Notes under the pieces: generated by a model
The model's input: only the letters and a program-made list of their open reading frames with translations
The model's database searches: none
What the model was told of the DNA's origin: nothing
Shown: positions 45,728 through 57,849 of the stretch, in pieces
Layout of the letters: each line of letters opens with the position of its first letter
Numbering within the stretch: position 1 is the first letter of the stretch
Translations under genes and position numbers: made by a program
From: Gemmatimonadales bacterium
GTDB lineage: Bacteria > Gemmatimonadota > Gemmatimonadetes > Gemmatimonadales > GWC2-71-9
Length of the DNA stretch: 64,000 bases
Direction: 5' to 3'
NCBI GenBank assembly: GCA_036501385.1
Contig: DASYAK010000016.1
Coordinates: forward strand, 64,996 to 128,995

Positions 45728-45786
45728 AATGGCAATACGATTGTGGCGTCGAACCTATCGCGGGGTGATCGGGGATGCAAGGCGGC

Positions 45787-49280
<3,494 letters not shown>

Positions 49281-49317
49281 GAGCCAGTCGTCCCGCTACG
49301 AGAAATGTGAATCGGAG

Positions 49318-51129
49318 CTAGCTGCCCGCGCGCAAACTAGCGCCCACGGAAGGTCGCGGCAACGCGCGCGACGGATCGACAAGACGCACATCGACGTAGC
49401 GGCCGAGGGTCTCGCGAAGGATCTCCTGCACGGCATCAGCAGTGGCGGCGGCCACCGCCGCCTGCGCAGCCTCGCGAGCCGCGGTCGCCGGGAGATTTCG
49501 CACCACCCACTTCACCAGCGGAATTGCCGGCGGCGCCGTGCTGAACCGGTCGTATCCCAGGCCAACCAGCAGGACGACGGCGACCGGATCAGACGCCATC
49601 TCGCCACATACTGATGCCGGAATCCCGGCTGCGGCCGCCGCCTCGCGCACATGCGCCAGCTGGCGGACGATCGCCGGATGGAGCGGCGTGAAGCGGTCGG
49701 CCAGGCGTGCGTTGCTCCGATCGACGGCCAGCGTGTACTGGGTCAGATCGTTGGTGCCGACGCTGATGAACGCCGCCGTCTTCGCCAGATCGGCGGCAAG
49801 CATGACCGCGGCCGGCGTCTCGATCATCACGCCGACGGGAACGTCGCGCGCGGCCCGGATACCCGACGCGGCCAGCGCCGCCGATTCCTCGGCAAGGAGC
49901 GCCGTCGCGTCGGCGAATTCGTCGAGCGAGATGATCATCGGCAGCATCACCTGGATGTCGCGATCGGACGCTGCACGCAGGATCGCGCGCAATTGCGGGC
50001 GGAAGATCTCCGGGCGATCGAGACAGACGCGGATCGAACGCCACCCGAGAAATGGATTCGGTTCGTGCGGCGCAACGAACGCCGCCGGGAATTTGTCGCC
50101 GCCGAGATCGTAGGTGCGGATGATGACCGGGTGTCCGGCGAACGCAGCTCCCACGCGCCGGTAGTACTCCGTCTGCTCGTCCTCGGTCGGAAGATGAGTC
50201 CGGCCCGTGACCAGGAATTCGGTGCGAAGCAATCCCACACCCTCGGCGCCGTAGCGCGCGGCGCTGTCGACTTCTTCGGGAAGATCGACGTTCCCCTGCA
50301 GCCTGATTCCGACGCCATCTGGCGTGCAGGCCGGCTCGGTTGCAATCCCCTCGAGCTGGAGCTCGAGGCGGTGCCGTCGCGATGCCTGCAACGCCGCCGC
50401 TTCGAGCTCGTCGGCCGTCGGATCGAGGAGCACCGTCCCGCTCTGGCCGTCGAGGAGAACGTTGGTCCCGTCGGCAATCTGTTCCAGCGCGCCGGATACG
50501 CCCATCACGGCCGGGATGCCGAGCGAATGAGCCAGGATCGCTGCGTGCGACGTGCGCGTCCCTTCTTCGCTGATCAACCCGGCGACGTGATCGCGATCGA
50601 GTTGCACCGTGAGCCCGGGCGAAAGTTCGTGCGCCACGATCACGACCTGCTCGCGGATTTCTCCCAGCCACGCATCATCGGCCGTCCGGCCGACAAGGTG
50701 GAGGAGCATCCGCAGCTGGATGGCATTGAGGTCGGCGACCCGATCTCGCAGGAATGACTGGCGTGCCGACTGCCAGGCGTTGCGCAGTTCAAGCGCCTTG
50801 AATTCGTAGGCACTCTCGGCTGACAGAAGGTTCTTGCGGATCAGCGCCTCGACCGATCCGAGAAACTCGGCATCCTGCGCCATCATGATCTGGGCGTCGA
50901 AGATCCCGGCCGCGTCCGGACCGGCGCGCTCGAGGGTGCGATTCCGCAGCACCGAGAGCTGGTCGACGATTTCCTGGACCGCCTGGTAGAGGCGGGCCAC
51001 CTCGGCGTCAAGCTGATCCGCGGTGATGGTGCGCCCATCAACCTGCGGAAAGGACCAACGCACCGCGAGCGCCGGCGCAAAGGCCACGCCCGGCGATACC
51101 CCCACTCCGCGCAACGTGCGATCGCTCAC
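49318..51129 (-). CDS. ptsI: phosphoenolpyruvate-protein phosphotransferase (PTS Enzyme I)
   Basis: Track ORF 49318..51225. The likely start is GTG at 51129-51127, overlapping the HPr stop (GTGA), giving (M)SDRTLRGVGVSPGVAFAP. The active-site region is GLISEEGTRTSHAAILAHSLGIPAVMG. The PEP-utilising C-terminal domain has FISVGTNDLTQY. Confidence 0.9.
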   Translation of the reverse strand: MSDRTLRGVGVSPGVAFAPALAVRWSFPQVDGRTITADQLDAEVARLYQAVQEIVDQLSVLRNRTLERAGPDAAGIFDAQIMMAQDAEFLGSVEALIRKNLLSAESAYEFKALELRNAWQSARQSFLRDRVADLNAIQLRMLLHLVGRTADDAWLGEIREQVVIVAHELSPGLTVQLDRDHVAGLISEEGTRTSHAAILAHSLGIPAVMGVSGALEQIADGTNVLLDGQSGTVLLDPTADELEAAALQASRRHRLELQLEGIATEPACTPDGVGIRLQGNVDLPEEVDSAARYGAEGVGLLRTEFLVTGRTHLPTEDEQTEYYRRVGAAFAGHPVIIRTYDLGGDKFPAAFVAPHEPNPFLGWRSIRVCLDRPEIFRPQLRAILRAASDRDIQVMLPMIISLDEFADATALLAEESAALAASGIRAARDVPVGVMIETPAAVMLAADLAKTAAFISVGTNDLTQYTLAVDRSNARLADRFTPLHPAIVRQLAHVREAAAAAGIPASVCGEMASDPVAVVLLVGLGYDRFSTAPPAIPLVKWVVRNLPATAAREAAQAAVAAATADAVQEILRETLGRYVDVRLVDPSRALPRPSVGASLRAGS

Positions 51130-51392
51130 GTTTCGCCGAATCCTTTCGCGATCAGCTGGATCAATGCCGCCACGGCCGCGTCGGCGTCGGCACCTTCGGC
51201 GCGGATCTGAACGACAGCTCCGCACTCCGCGGCGAGGGTCATGACTCCCATGATGCTCTTGCCGTTGACAACTTGCCCCTCGTGTTCGAGCTCGATGGAG
51301 GACGCGAAGGTGGCGGCAAGGCGCACCACCTGCGCCGCCGGGCGCGCGTGCATCCCCAGTGAATTGACGATCGTGGCAGGGCGTTCGATCAC
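51126..51392 (-). CDS. ptsH: phosphocarrier protein HPr
   Basis: The last 88 codons of track ORF 51126..51806, with GTG at 51392-51390 overlapping the EIID stop (GTGA). The His15 region is NSLGMHARPAA and the Ser46 region is VNGKSIMGVMTLA. Confidence 0.85.
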   Translation of the reverse strand: MIERPATIVNSLGMHARPAAQVVRLAATFASSIELEHEGQVVNGKSIMGVMTLAAECGAVVQIRAEGADADAAVAALIQLIAKGFGET

Positions 51393-52129
51393 CGGAGTAC
51401 TCCGGCCGCGATCACCGCAAGCCCGACGAAGACGAGGCCGAGTCGCAGACCTGTGATGCGCGATCGCGTGGCCGGAACAACCGTGAGTGCTGCGCCAATT
51501 ATGCCGGCTGCGACCGCGGCAGCCGCGGCCGTCGACGTTGCCGGCGTCAGCACCCGGCTGGCCACGATCGGCAACGCCGCACCCACGGCGAGCGCCGCGG
51601 CCCGCTGCGCCTCGAGGGCCCCGAGCGGCAACCACGATCGTTGCAGCGCGGCACCGACGCCGAGCCCCTCGCGCAACCCGAGATCGAGGCCCCACGCGCT
51701 GATCCAGACGCGAAGCGTGTTGTGAACGACGAGGAGTGCCACGATGGCCCAGATCCCGAGGGACGGCGCCGCGATCAGCGTGATTCCGATCAACGCCGGT
51801 ACCCATCCGGCCCAGATCAACTGATCACCGAGTGACCCAAGCGGTCCGGAAAGCGCCGTGCGAAGGCGCGAGATGACCAATCCCGGGAGGCCGTCGCGTT
51901 CGGCTTTGACCACCGCGCCGACCGCCACACCGGCGAGATAGGGATGCGAATTGAAGAAATCTGCCGAACGCGCGATCGCCTCGCGCCGCTCACGCGCTGG
52001 TCGCGCGGCAAAGACGTCGCGGAGCAACGGCGTCGCCGCGTGACCCACGCCAATCCCGGCCATGCGTTCGTAGGTGTACGACGCCTGCACCGCCATCAGG
52101 CGAACCAGTGCTTCCAGTCTCGCGCTCAT
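51389..52129 (-). CDS. PTS mannose/fructose/sorbose family EIID component
   Basis: The last 246 codons of track ORF 51389..52474, with the ATG at 52129 (CAT 52127-52129) overlapping the EIIC stop (ATGA). MSARLEALVRLMAVQASYTYERMAGIGVGHA...FFNSHPYLAGVAVGAV matches the EIID N-terminal pattern. Confidence 0.8.
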   Translation of the reverse strand: MSARLEALVRLMAVQASYTYERMAGIGVGHAATPLLRDVFAARPARERREAIARSADFFNSHPYLAGVAVGAVVKAERDGLPGLVISRLRTALSGPLGSLGDQLIWAGWVPALIGITLIAAPSLGIWAIVALLVVHNTLRVWISAWGLDLGLREGLGVGAALQRSWLPLGALEAQRAAALAVGAALPIVASRVLTPATSTAAAAAVAAGIIGAALTVVPATRSRITGLRLGLVFVGLAVIAAGVLR

Positions 52130-52800
52130 CGAAACCAGACCACCAGAATCCCGGTCGCGAGGCCGCACGCAAGCCAGTATCGCCGCGCGCCGCGGCCGGC
52201 GCTCCGGATCGCACCGCCAAGTGCGGCGGCGATCCCGCCCGCGAGAACCGCCCACGACACCAACCGGGCGTGAGGAAAGAGGTCCCACCGAACCTGCGCC
52301 ACGAGCAGCGCGGCACCCACGCCGACGAGTGCCAGCCCGAACGAGCGAAGGGCGTCGCGGAAGAATCCGTTTCGCTGCAATTCCCAGATCGCGCGCGCCT
52401 CTCCGGCTGCAACCCGATCGAGACGCCGGCGCACCGACGCGGCGTTGCGGCGCCGGAGCGCCTGCAGTGTCCATCCGCCCAGCGCGGCCAGCGGGAGGCC
52501 GATCATCCCGGCGACGCCAGCCGCGACCGCTGACGGCACCAGCGCAGCCGCGGTCCCGGCGGCAACTGCCGCAACGCTGTAGTCGGGGTACCGTGACGCG
52601 CCGATCGGGAGCACGTCAAGCGCGTACAATTCGAGGACCATGCCGGCCATCAATCCGCCGGCCAGGTCGCCTGCGATGAGCCCGGCGACCGTTGCTGCCA
52701 CCAGCGGTCGAGAGAGCAGCCCCTGCGGCACGCTCACCAGGTCGAGGCCGGCCATCGTGCCCCAGAGCAGAAGGAGAAGCAGCCGGAACGCTTCGGACAT
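52126..52800 (-). CDS. PTS mannose/fructose/sorbose family EIIC component
   Basis: 224 aa and polytopic. The assignment rests on MAGLDLVSVPQGLLSRPLVAATVAGLIAGDL...LELYALDVLPIGASRYPD and on its position between EIIB and EIID. It overlaps the EIIB stop by 1 nt (TAATG at 52800). Confidence 0.75.
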   Translation of the reverse strand: MSEAFRLLLLLLWGTMAGLDLVSVPQGLLSRPLVAATVAGLIAGDLAGGLMAGMVLELYALDVLPIGASRYPDYSVAAVAAGTAAALVPSAVAAGVAGMIGLPLAALGGWTLQALRRRNAASVRRRLDRVAAGEARAIWELQRNGFFRDALRSFGLALVGVGAALLVAQVRWDLFPHARLVSWAVLAGGIAAALGGAIRSAGRGARRYWLACGLATGILVVWFR

Positions 52801-53279
52801 TACCGCAGCAGCGTTTCGAGGTCGATGGCGGCCGCGGTCGGGAGATCCTGCGCAACAATACGCGCACCGTCGTGCGCCAGCCGCCGCAGCAGCGCTTCAT
52901 CGGGCGCGGCCAGGTAGACATATCGCAATCGCTCCGCCCGACCAGGACGGTGATGCAGTCCGCCGAGGTTGATTTCGCGGACGACGCCCGGCGCGGCATC
53001 GTGCAGCACTGCCATCGTGGCCAGGTCGGCGGTCAGCAGCATCCCCGGCCGTGGATCGGCATTCCACTCGGCCAGGTGCGAGACCGCCTCCGCCGCGCTT
53101 GCGAAGATGATGGAGACGTCGTCCGGCACAGCCATCCGGTAGAGGTCCTGTTCCCAGGCGCTCTGCCGCACCGCATCATCGACCAGCACGATGAATCGTG
53201 CGGCAAGCGGCCGTCCCCATCCGAGCACCACCTGCCCGTGCACCAGGCGATCATCCACCCGGAAGAGCCGCAACGGCAT
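52800..53279 (-). CDS. PTS mannose-family EIIB component
   Basis: 159 aa. The N-terminus MPLRLFRVDDRLVHGQVVLGW carries the phospho-His motif RVDDRL(I/V)HGQV of PTS_EIIB (sorbose type). Confidence 0.85.
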   Translation of the reverse strand: MPLRLFRVDDRLVHGQVVLGWGRPLAARFIVLVDDAVRQSAWEQDLYRMAVPDDVSIIFASAAEAVSHLAEWNADPRPGMLLTADLATMAVLHDAAPGVVREINLGGLHHRPGRAERLRYVYLAAPDEALLRRLAHDGARIVAQDLPTAAAIDLETLLR

Positions 53280-53650
53280 CAGTGGGCCATCACGGCGCGG
53301 GCGCCAACCTGCACCAGGTGATCGGCGAGTTCATCGACCTCGCCCTCGCGGCGGAAGATGAATTCGAGCAGCATCGCGAGGTTCACCCCTGTCACGATCC
53401 GCACACCAGGCATCGCCTGCATTCGCCGCATCGCCGCGAAGTGACACGAGCCACTCGGCATGTCGATGAACACGATGGCGGGACCGGGCGTCGCGGCGGC
53501 GAGGATTCGCTCCTCCAGCGTGCCGCGATCGCAATCGGTGTTGGAAATCGCCACCAGGCCGCTTCCAGCACCACTGATCTGCTCCACCGCGCCGATCAGC
53601 GCCGCCGCCAGCCCGCCGTGTCCCACCACCACGCCCTTGATGGTGTTCAT
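53279..53650 (-). CDS. PTS mannose-family EIIA component
   Basis: 123 aa. The N-terminus MNTIKGVVVGHGGLAAAL has the EIIA-Man active-site His in a VxxHG context. Junctions: 1-nt overlap with the EIIB start and 4-nt overlap with the hprK stop. Confidence 0.8.
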   Translation of the reverse strand: MNTIKGVVVGHGGLAAALIGAVEQISGAGSGLVAISNTDCDRGTLEERILAAATPGPAIVFIDMPSGSCHFAAMRRMQAMPGVRIVTGVNLAMLLEFIFRREGEVDELADHLVQVGARAVMAH

Positions 53651-54618
53651 TCGATGTCGCCGCGAAGGTATTCCCGCACGCCTCGCTTCTCGCGCATCTT
53701 GCGGATCAGCCGCTCGTTGAACGCAGCGGCAACATCGACCCCGCTGTACCGGAGCAGGTGCATCATCGCCACGACTTCGGAGATCACCGTGATGTTCTTT
53801 CCAGGATTGAGCGGCACGATCACCTTGGGGATCGCCACATCCAGCACCGTAATGGTGTCGCGCTGCAGCCCGGTGCGGTCGGCATCCTTGGCGGTTTCCC
53901 AGTCCTCGAGCTGGACGACCACTTCGATGCGCTTCTGCTGACGCACCGATCGCACGCCGAAGAGGGCAGGAATGTCGATCAAGCCGACGCCGCGAATCTC
54001 CATGTGATGCGCCGCGAGCTCATGTCCCTGGCCAATGAGCACATCGCTTCCCCGCCGCGTCACCTTCACGACGTCGTCAGCGACCAGCCGATGCCCGCGT
54101 TCCACCAGATCGAGCACGCATTCACTCTTCCCGATCCCCGAGCGTCCCATGAAGAGGAGTCCCACGCCGTAGACATCCGACAGCGAACCATGCAGCGTGG
54201 TGCGCGGCGCGAATGCGTCTTCGATGATCGGCTTGATTCGCTTGTAGAACTCCGCAGTCTTGAGCGCGGTCCGGAGCACCGGAATGTGGCGCGTGAGGGC
54301 GAGTTCGAGGAGCGGCTCCGGCGGATCAAGGTGTTTGGTGATGAAGACGGCCGGGAGATCGTACTGGAAGAAGCCCTCCAGCGCGGCGCGGCGCGTCGAA
54401 GCGTCGAGTGACGCGAGATAGGTGATCTCGGTTTCGCCGAGGACGTGGAGGCGATCCGGAATGAAGCGACCGTGATAACCGGCAAGGGCCAGCCCCGGCG
54501 ACGCGATGTCGGCGTCGGGCACGAGCCGATCGAGCCCGAGATCGCCGGTGAGAGCCTCCAGCTGCAGCTGCTCGCCGACGGCGAGAAAATCGCGGAATCG
54601 CAGGAGCCGCCTCCTCAG
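53647..54618 (-). CDS. hprK: HPr kinase/phosphorylase; start probably the non-canonical CTG at 54618
   Basis: Track ORF 53647..54522 (GTG start). Walker A is GRSGIGKSECVLDLVERGHRLVADD, and the kinase core and C-terminus are conserved. The same frame stays open upstream, reading LRRRLLRFRDFLAVGEQLQLEALTGDLGLDRLV-PDADIASPGLALAGY. This looks like the conserved HprK N-terminal segment, and it has no ATG/GTG/TTG. CTG at 54618-54616 overlaps the stop of the upstream gene (CTGA). Confidence 0.85.
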   Translation of the reverse strand: MRRRLLRFRDFLAVGEQLQLEALTGDLGLDRLVPDADIASPGLALAGYHGRFIPDRLHVLGETEITYLASLDASTRRAALEGFFQYDLPAVFITKHLDPPEPLLELALTRHIPVLRTALKTAEFYKRIKPIIEDAFAPRTTLHGSLSDVYGVGLLFMGRSGIGKSECVLDLVERGHRLVADDVVKVTRRGSDVLIGQGHELAAHHMEIRGVGLIDIPALFGVRSVRQQKRIEVVVQLEDWETAKDADRTGLQRDTITVLDVAIPKVIVPLNPGKNITVISEVVAMMHLLRYSGVDVAAAFNERLIRKMREKRGVREYLRGDIE

Positions 54619-55754
54619 GAATCCGGCGAAGGTCCGAAGCCGCGCCCGGCGGCGAGGTTCGCCAGGTGCCGTTCGACAATGGTCGCCGCGTTGTCCCAGC
54701 TCAACTGTTCAGCCCAGCTGCGCGCCGCGCGACCGAGCGTCTCCACCTGCGAGCGATCACCAGCCAGCTTCACCATCGCGCGGGCGAGGGCACCGACGTC
54801 GCCGTGCGGCACCAGCAATCCGGTACGGCCGTCGCGGACAGAATCCCGGAGGCCGGGCGAATCGGAAGCGATTGACGGCGTGCCGCAAGCCGCCGCTTCC
54901 ATCACGGTGATCCCCCATCCTTCCTTTGGGGAAGGAAATACGTTTGCCACCGACTCTCGCAAGAGCCGCAGGCGCGTGGCCTCATCGACATAGCCGTGAA
55001 AGCGGACCCGATTGGCGACACCTCGCTCGCGGGCCAGCCCTTCCAGCCGGGCCCGCTCGTCGCCGGTGCCGGCGATGTCCACGCTGAGATCATCCCGTAC
55101 CTTCTGCGCTTCGGCGAGCGCCTCGATCAGGAACTCGATCCCCTTGTACCGGCGCAGGCGTCCGATATAGACGAAACGCGGATCGGCGGCCCTGGGTGTG
55201 GCAGCATCGGGCGTGAAGCGCCCGGTGTCGACGCCGGGATAGACAACCGCGATCCGATCGCGGGCAATGCCGCGCGCCACCAGGTCGTCCCGCGTGGAGT
55301 CGCTGATCGCGTGAAACCACGCCCGGCGGTAGACCATCGGAATCAATCGCTCCGCGCCCCAGACGGTGGCCGCAACCGGCCACGACGCTTCGGTGAACGC
55401 GGTCGTCCCGAAGAGGTGCGGCACGACTGCGTAGACCGGGCGTGAGGTGAGCAGCGGCGCGTCGATCGGCAACTTGTTGATGTCATCGATGACCACGTCG
55501 GGACGGAGTCTCCGGACCGCGCGGCTGATCGCGCGCCACCCCGACAGCGCGAATGAATGGCGCCCCCCGTGCCGGTGCACTTCGATCCCATCGACGACCT
55601 CGACGGCTTTGGCGCCGGGAAATCCACAGCAGACCAGGGTCACCGAGTGCCCCCGCGCGGCGATCCGGGAGAATATCTCGAACAGATGGACTTCCGCTCC
55701 TCCTGCCTGCGGATTCCGGATGTCCTGCCAGTTGGTCACCAGGAGATTCATCAC
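54615..55754 (-). CDS. glycosyltransferase family 4 (GT-B, retaining)
   Basis: 379 aa. The N-terminal acceptor half is GGAEVHLFEIFSRIAARGHSV. The C-terminal half has FPSPKEGWGITVMEAAACGTPSIASDSPGLRDSVRDGRTGLLV (EX7E region). Confidence 0.8.
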   Translation of the reverse strand: MMNLLVTNWQDIRNPQAGGAEVHLFEIFSRIAARGHSVTLVCCGFPGAKAVEVVDGIEVHRHGGRHSFALSGWRAISRAVRRLRPDVVIDDINKLPIDAPLLTSRPVYAVVPHLFGTTAFTEASWPVAATVWGAERLIPMVYRRAWFHAISDSTRDDLVARGIARDRIAVVYPGVDTGRFTPDAATPRAADPRFVYIGRLRRYKGIEFLIEALAEAQKVRDDLSVDIAGTGDERARLEGLARERGVANRVRFHGYVDEATRLRLLRESVANVFPSPKEGWGITVMEAAACGTPSIASDSPGLRDSVRDGRTGLLVPHGDVGALARAMVKLAGDRSQVETLGRAARSWAEQLSWDNAATIVERHLANLAAGRGFGPSPDS

Positions 55755-55757
55755 CGG

Positions 55758-56171
55758 CTAGAGGCGGCCGAGGTCGCGCGCGACCCGGTCGAGAAGACCG
55801 TTGATGAACGCCGGCGCTCGCGAGCCGGCGAACCGGTGGGCCAGCCAGAGCGCCTCATCGATCGCCACTTTGGCCGGAAGGCGGTCGTGCACCATCTCGT
55901 GAATCGCGATGCGCAGGATGTTGCGCTCGATCATCGCGATCCGTTCGAGCCGCCAGTTCTCGGCCGCCGACTGTGCCAGACGATCGAGTTCGTCCTGTTC
56001 GGCGCGGATCATCCGGACCATCGGCTCGACGTCATCCACCACCAGTCGGGCGTCGCCGGTAAGCGTGGCGAACGCAGCGGCAGCGAGCGACGTGTCGTGA
56101 TCGCCGGTGACCTCGAGTGCGTAGAGCAACTGCAGCGCCCGGGCTCGCAGGCGGGTTTCCCGGCGTAGCAC
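55758..56171 (-). CDS. nusB: transcription antitermination factor NusB
   Basis: 137 aa: RLRARALQLLYALEV...ERIAMIERNILRIAIHEM...PAKVAIDEALWLAHRFAGSRAPAFINGLLDRV. It sits immediately after ribH, the classic ribH-nusB pairing. Confidence 0.9.
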   Translation of the reverse strand: MLRRETRLRARALQLLYALEVTGDHDTSLAAAAFATLTGDARLVVDDVEPMVRMIRAEQDELDRLAQSAAENWRLERIAMIERNILRIAIHEMVHDRLPAKVAIDEALWLAHRFAGSRAPAFINGLLDRVARDLGRL

Positions 56172-56639
56172 CTAGTCTTCCAGCGCCTGGCGGATCAGGT
56201 CGGCCGTGCGCAGCGCCGCCTCGGCGGCCTCCCGACCCTTGTTGCCCGCTGATCCGCCGGCCCGCGCCAGTGCTTGGTCGATGGTGTCGCAGGTCAGCAG
56301 ACCGAATCCCACGGGCACGAGCGTGTCGGTCGCCGCGCGACCGAGCGCCGCCGCTGTTTCGCCGGCGACGTAGTCGAAGTGCGGTGTCTCGCCCCGCACC
56401 ACCACGCCAAGGGCCGCGATCGCCGCGTAATGTCCGCTGTGCGCCGCCGCGGTCACCACGATGCCGAGCTCGAACGCCCCGCTCACCCAGAGCACGTCGA
56501 CGTCGGAATCCGCGCAACCCGCTTCGAGGCACGTCGCCATCGCGCCATCGAGAAGGCGCGTCGTGACCCGCTCATGATATCGCGACACAACCAGCGCGAC
56601 TCTCCCGCGGGCGCGTGCCTCGCCTTCGAATGTTGCCAT
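56172..56639 (-). CDS. ribH: 6,7-dimethyl-8-ribityllumazine synthase
   Basis: Track ORF 56172..56687. The start is the ATG at 56639 (CAT 56637-56639). The sequence is VALVVSRYHERVTTRLLDGA...VSGAFELG...IAALGVVVRGETPHFDYV...GFGLLTCD. Confidence 0.9.
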   Translation of the reverse strand: MATFEGEARARGRVALVVSRYHERVTTRLLDGAMATCLEAGCADSDVDVLWVSGAFELGIVVTAAAHSGHYAAIAALGVVVRGETPHFDYVAGETAAALGRAATDTLVPVGFGLLTCDTIDQALARAGGSAGNKGREAAEAALRTADLIRQALED

Positions 56640-56643
56640 GGGG

Positions 56644-57849
56644 TCAGTGCGCCAGAAGGTGGCCGAGCTTGTCGCGCTTGGCGGCAAGGTAGGCGCTGTT
56701 GTCGGGCGTGGCGTCGGTAAGGAGCGGGACCCGCTCCACGATTTCGAGACCGTAGCCCTCGAGACCGACCAGCTTGCGCAGATTGTTGGTCATGATCCGC
56801 AGCGTCGACAGGCCGAGGTCGCGGAGAATCTGCGCCCCAATGCCGAAGTCCCGGAGGTCGGCCTTGAAGCCGAGGCGCTCGTTCGCTTCGACCGTGTCGG
56901 AACCGCCGTCCTGCAGTTCGTACGCGCGCAGCTTGTTGAGCAGTCCGATTCCCCGCCCTTCCTGATCGAGATAGACGATCACGCCGCGGCCGGCCTCGGT
57001 GATCATCTCCATGGCACGGTGCAGCTGAATGCCGCAGTCGCAGCGCGCCGAGTGAAAGACGTCGCCAGTGAGACATTTCGAGTGCATTCGCACCAGCACG
57101 TCGCCCTGGCCCGCGACATCGCCGTAGACCAGCGCGATGTGCTCGGCGTGATCGACGTCATTGCGATACCCGATGATCCGGAATTCGCCGAACGCCGTGG
57201 GAAGACGCGCGTCGGCGACGCGGTGCACCAGCCGTTCGGTGCGGAGGCGCCACGCGACGAGGTCGGCGACGGCGATCAGCGAGAGCCCGTGCTCGGCCGC
57301 AAACGTCTGCAGATCGGGAAGCCGCGCCATCGAGCCGTCGGGATTGAGGATTTCGCAGATCACGCCCGCGGGCCTGAGACCCGCAAGGCGCGCCAGATCG
57401 ACGCTCGCTTCGGTGTGACCGACGCGGCGCAGCACCCCGCCGCGCTGCGCGCGCAACGGCTGAATGTGCCCCGGACGCCGGAGATCGGCCGGCGTGCTCG
57501 TCGGGTCGATCGCCACCCGGATCGTCGCGGCTCGATCGCCGGCAGAAATCCCGGTGGTGACACCGAAGCGCCGGTGCGCGTCGATCGTCACGGTGAACGC
57601 CGTGCTCATCAATTCGGTGTTGCGTTCCACCATCTGCGGCAGGTCGAGGCGGTCGCAATCCTCGGGCGTAAGCGCGAGGCAGATCCACCCGCGCCCGTGG
57701 CGCGCCATGAAATTGACGATCTCGGGCGTGACCAGTTCGGCCGCGCAGACGAGGTCGCCCTCGTTCTCGCGATCGGCATCATCGACCACCACGACGATCT
57801 TTCCGGCCCGGATGTCGGCCAGGGCGCGCTCGATCGGCGTCAGTGTCAT
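56644..57849 (-). CDS. ribBA: bifunctional 3,4-dihydroxy-2-butanone-4-phosphate synthase / GTP cyclohydrolase II
   Basis: Track ORF 56644..57870. The ATG at 57849 overlaps the ribE stop (ATGA). The DHBP part is [19 protein letters not shown] and the GCHII part is [19 protein letters not shown]...[12 protein letters not shown]. Confidence 0.9.
   Translation of the reverse strand: MTLTPIERALADIRAGKIVVVVDDADRENEGDLVCAAELVTPEIVNFMARHGRGWICLALTPEDCDRLDLPQMVERNTELMSTAFTVTIDAHRRFGVTTGISAGDRAATIRVAIDPTSTPADLRRPGHIQPLRAQRGGVLRRVGHTEASVDLARLAGLRPAGVICEILNPDGSMARLPDLQTFAAEHGLSLIAVADLVAWRLRTERLVHRVADARLPTAFGEFRIIGYRNDVDHAEHIALVYGDVAGQGDVLVRMHSKCLTGDVFHSARCDCGIQLHRAMEMITEAGRGVIVYLDQEGRGIGLLNKLRAYELQDGGSDTVEANERLGFKADLRDFGIGAQILRDLGLSTLRIMTNNLRKLVGLEGYGLEIVERVPLLTDATPDNSAYLAAKRDKLGHLLAH

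Noticed and set aside
45728-45786. Possible sigma70-like promoter TTGCAT-17 nt-TAGGTT (minus strand, 45780-45752) just upstream of the riboswitch
   Set aside because: Spacing and position are right, but each hexamer matches the consensus at only about 3 of 6 positions, too weak to report as a feature without transcript data.
49281-49317. Expected SAM riboswitch upstream of metK (and FMN riboswitch upstream of ribD at 59519-59540)
   Set aside because: Only 37 nt and 22 nt of intergenic sequence exist, too short for either aptamer. No conserved cores were seen.
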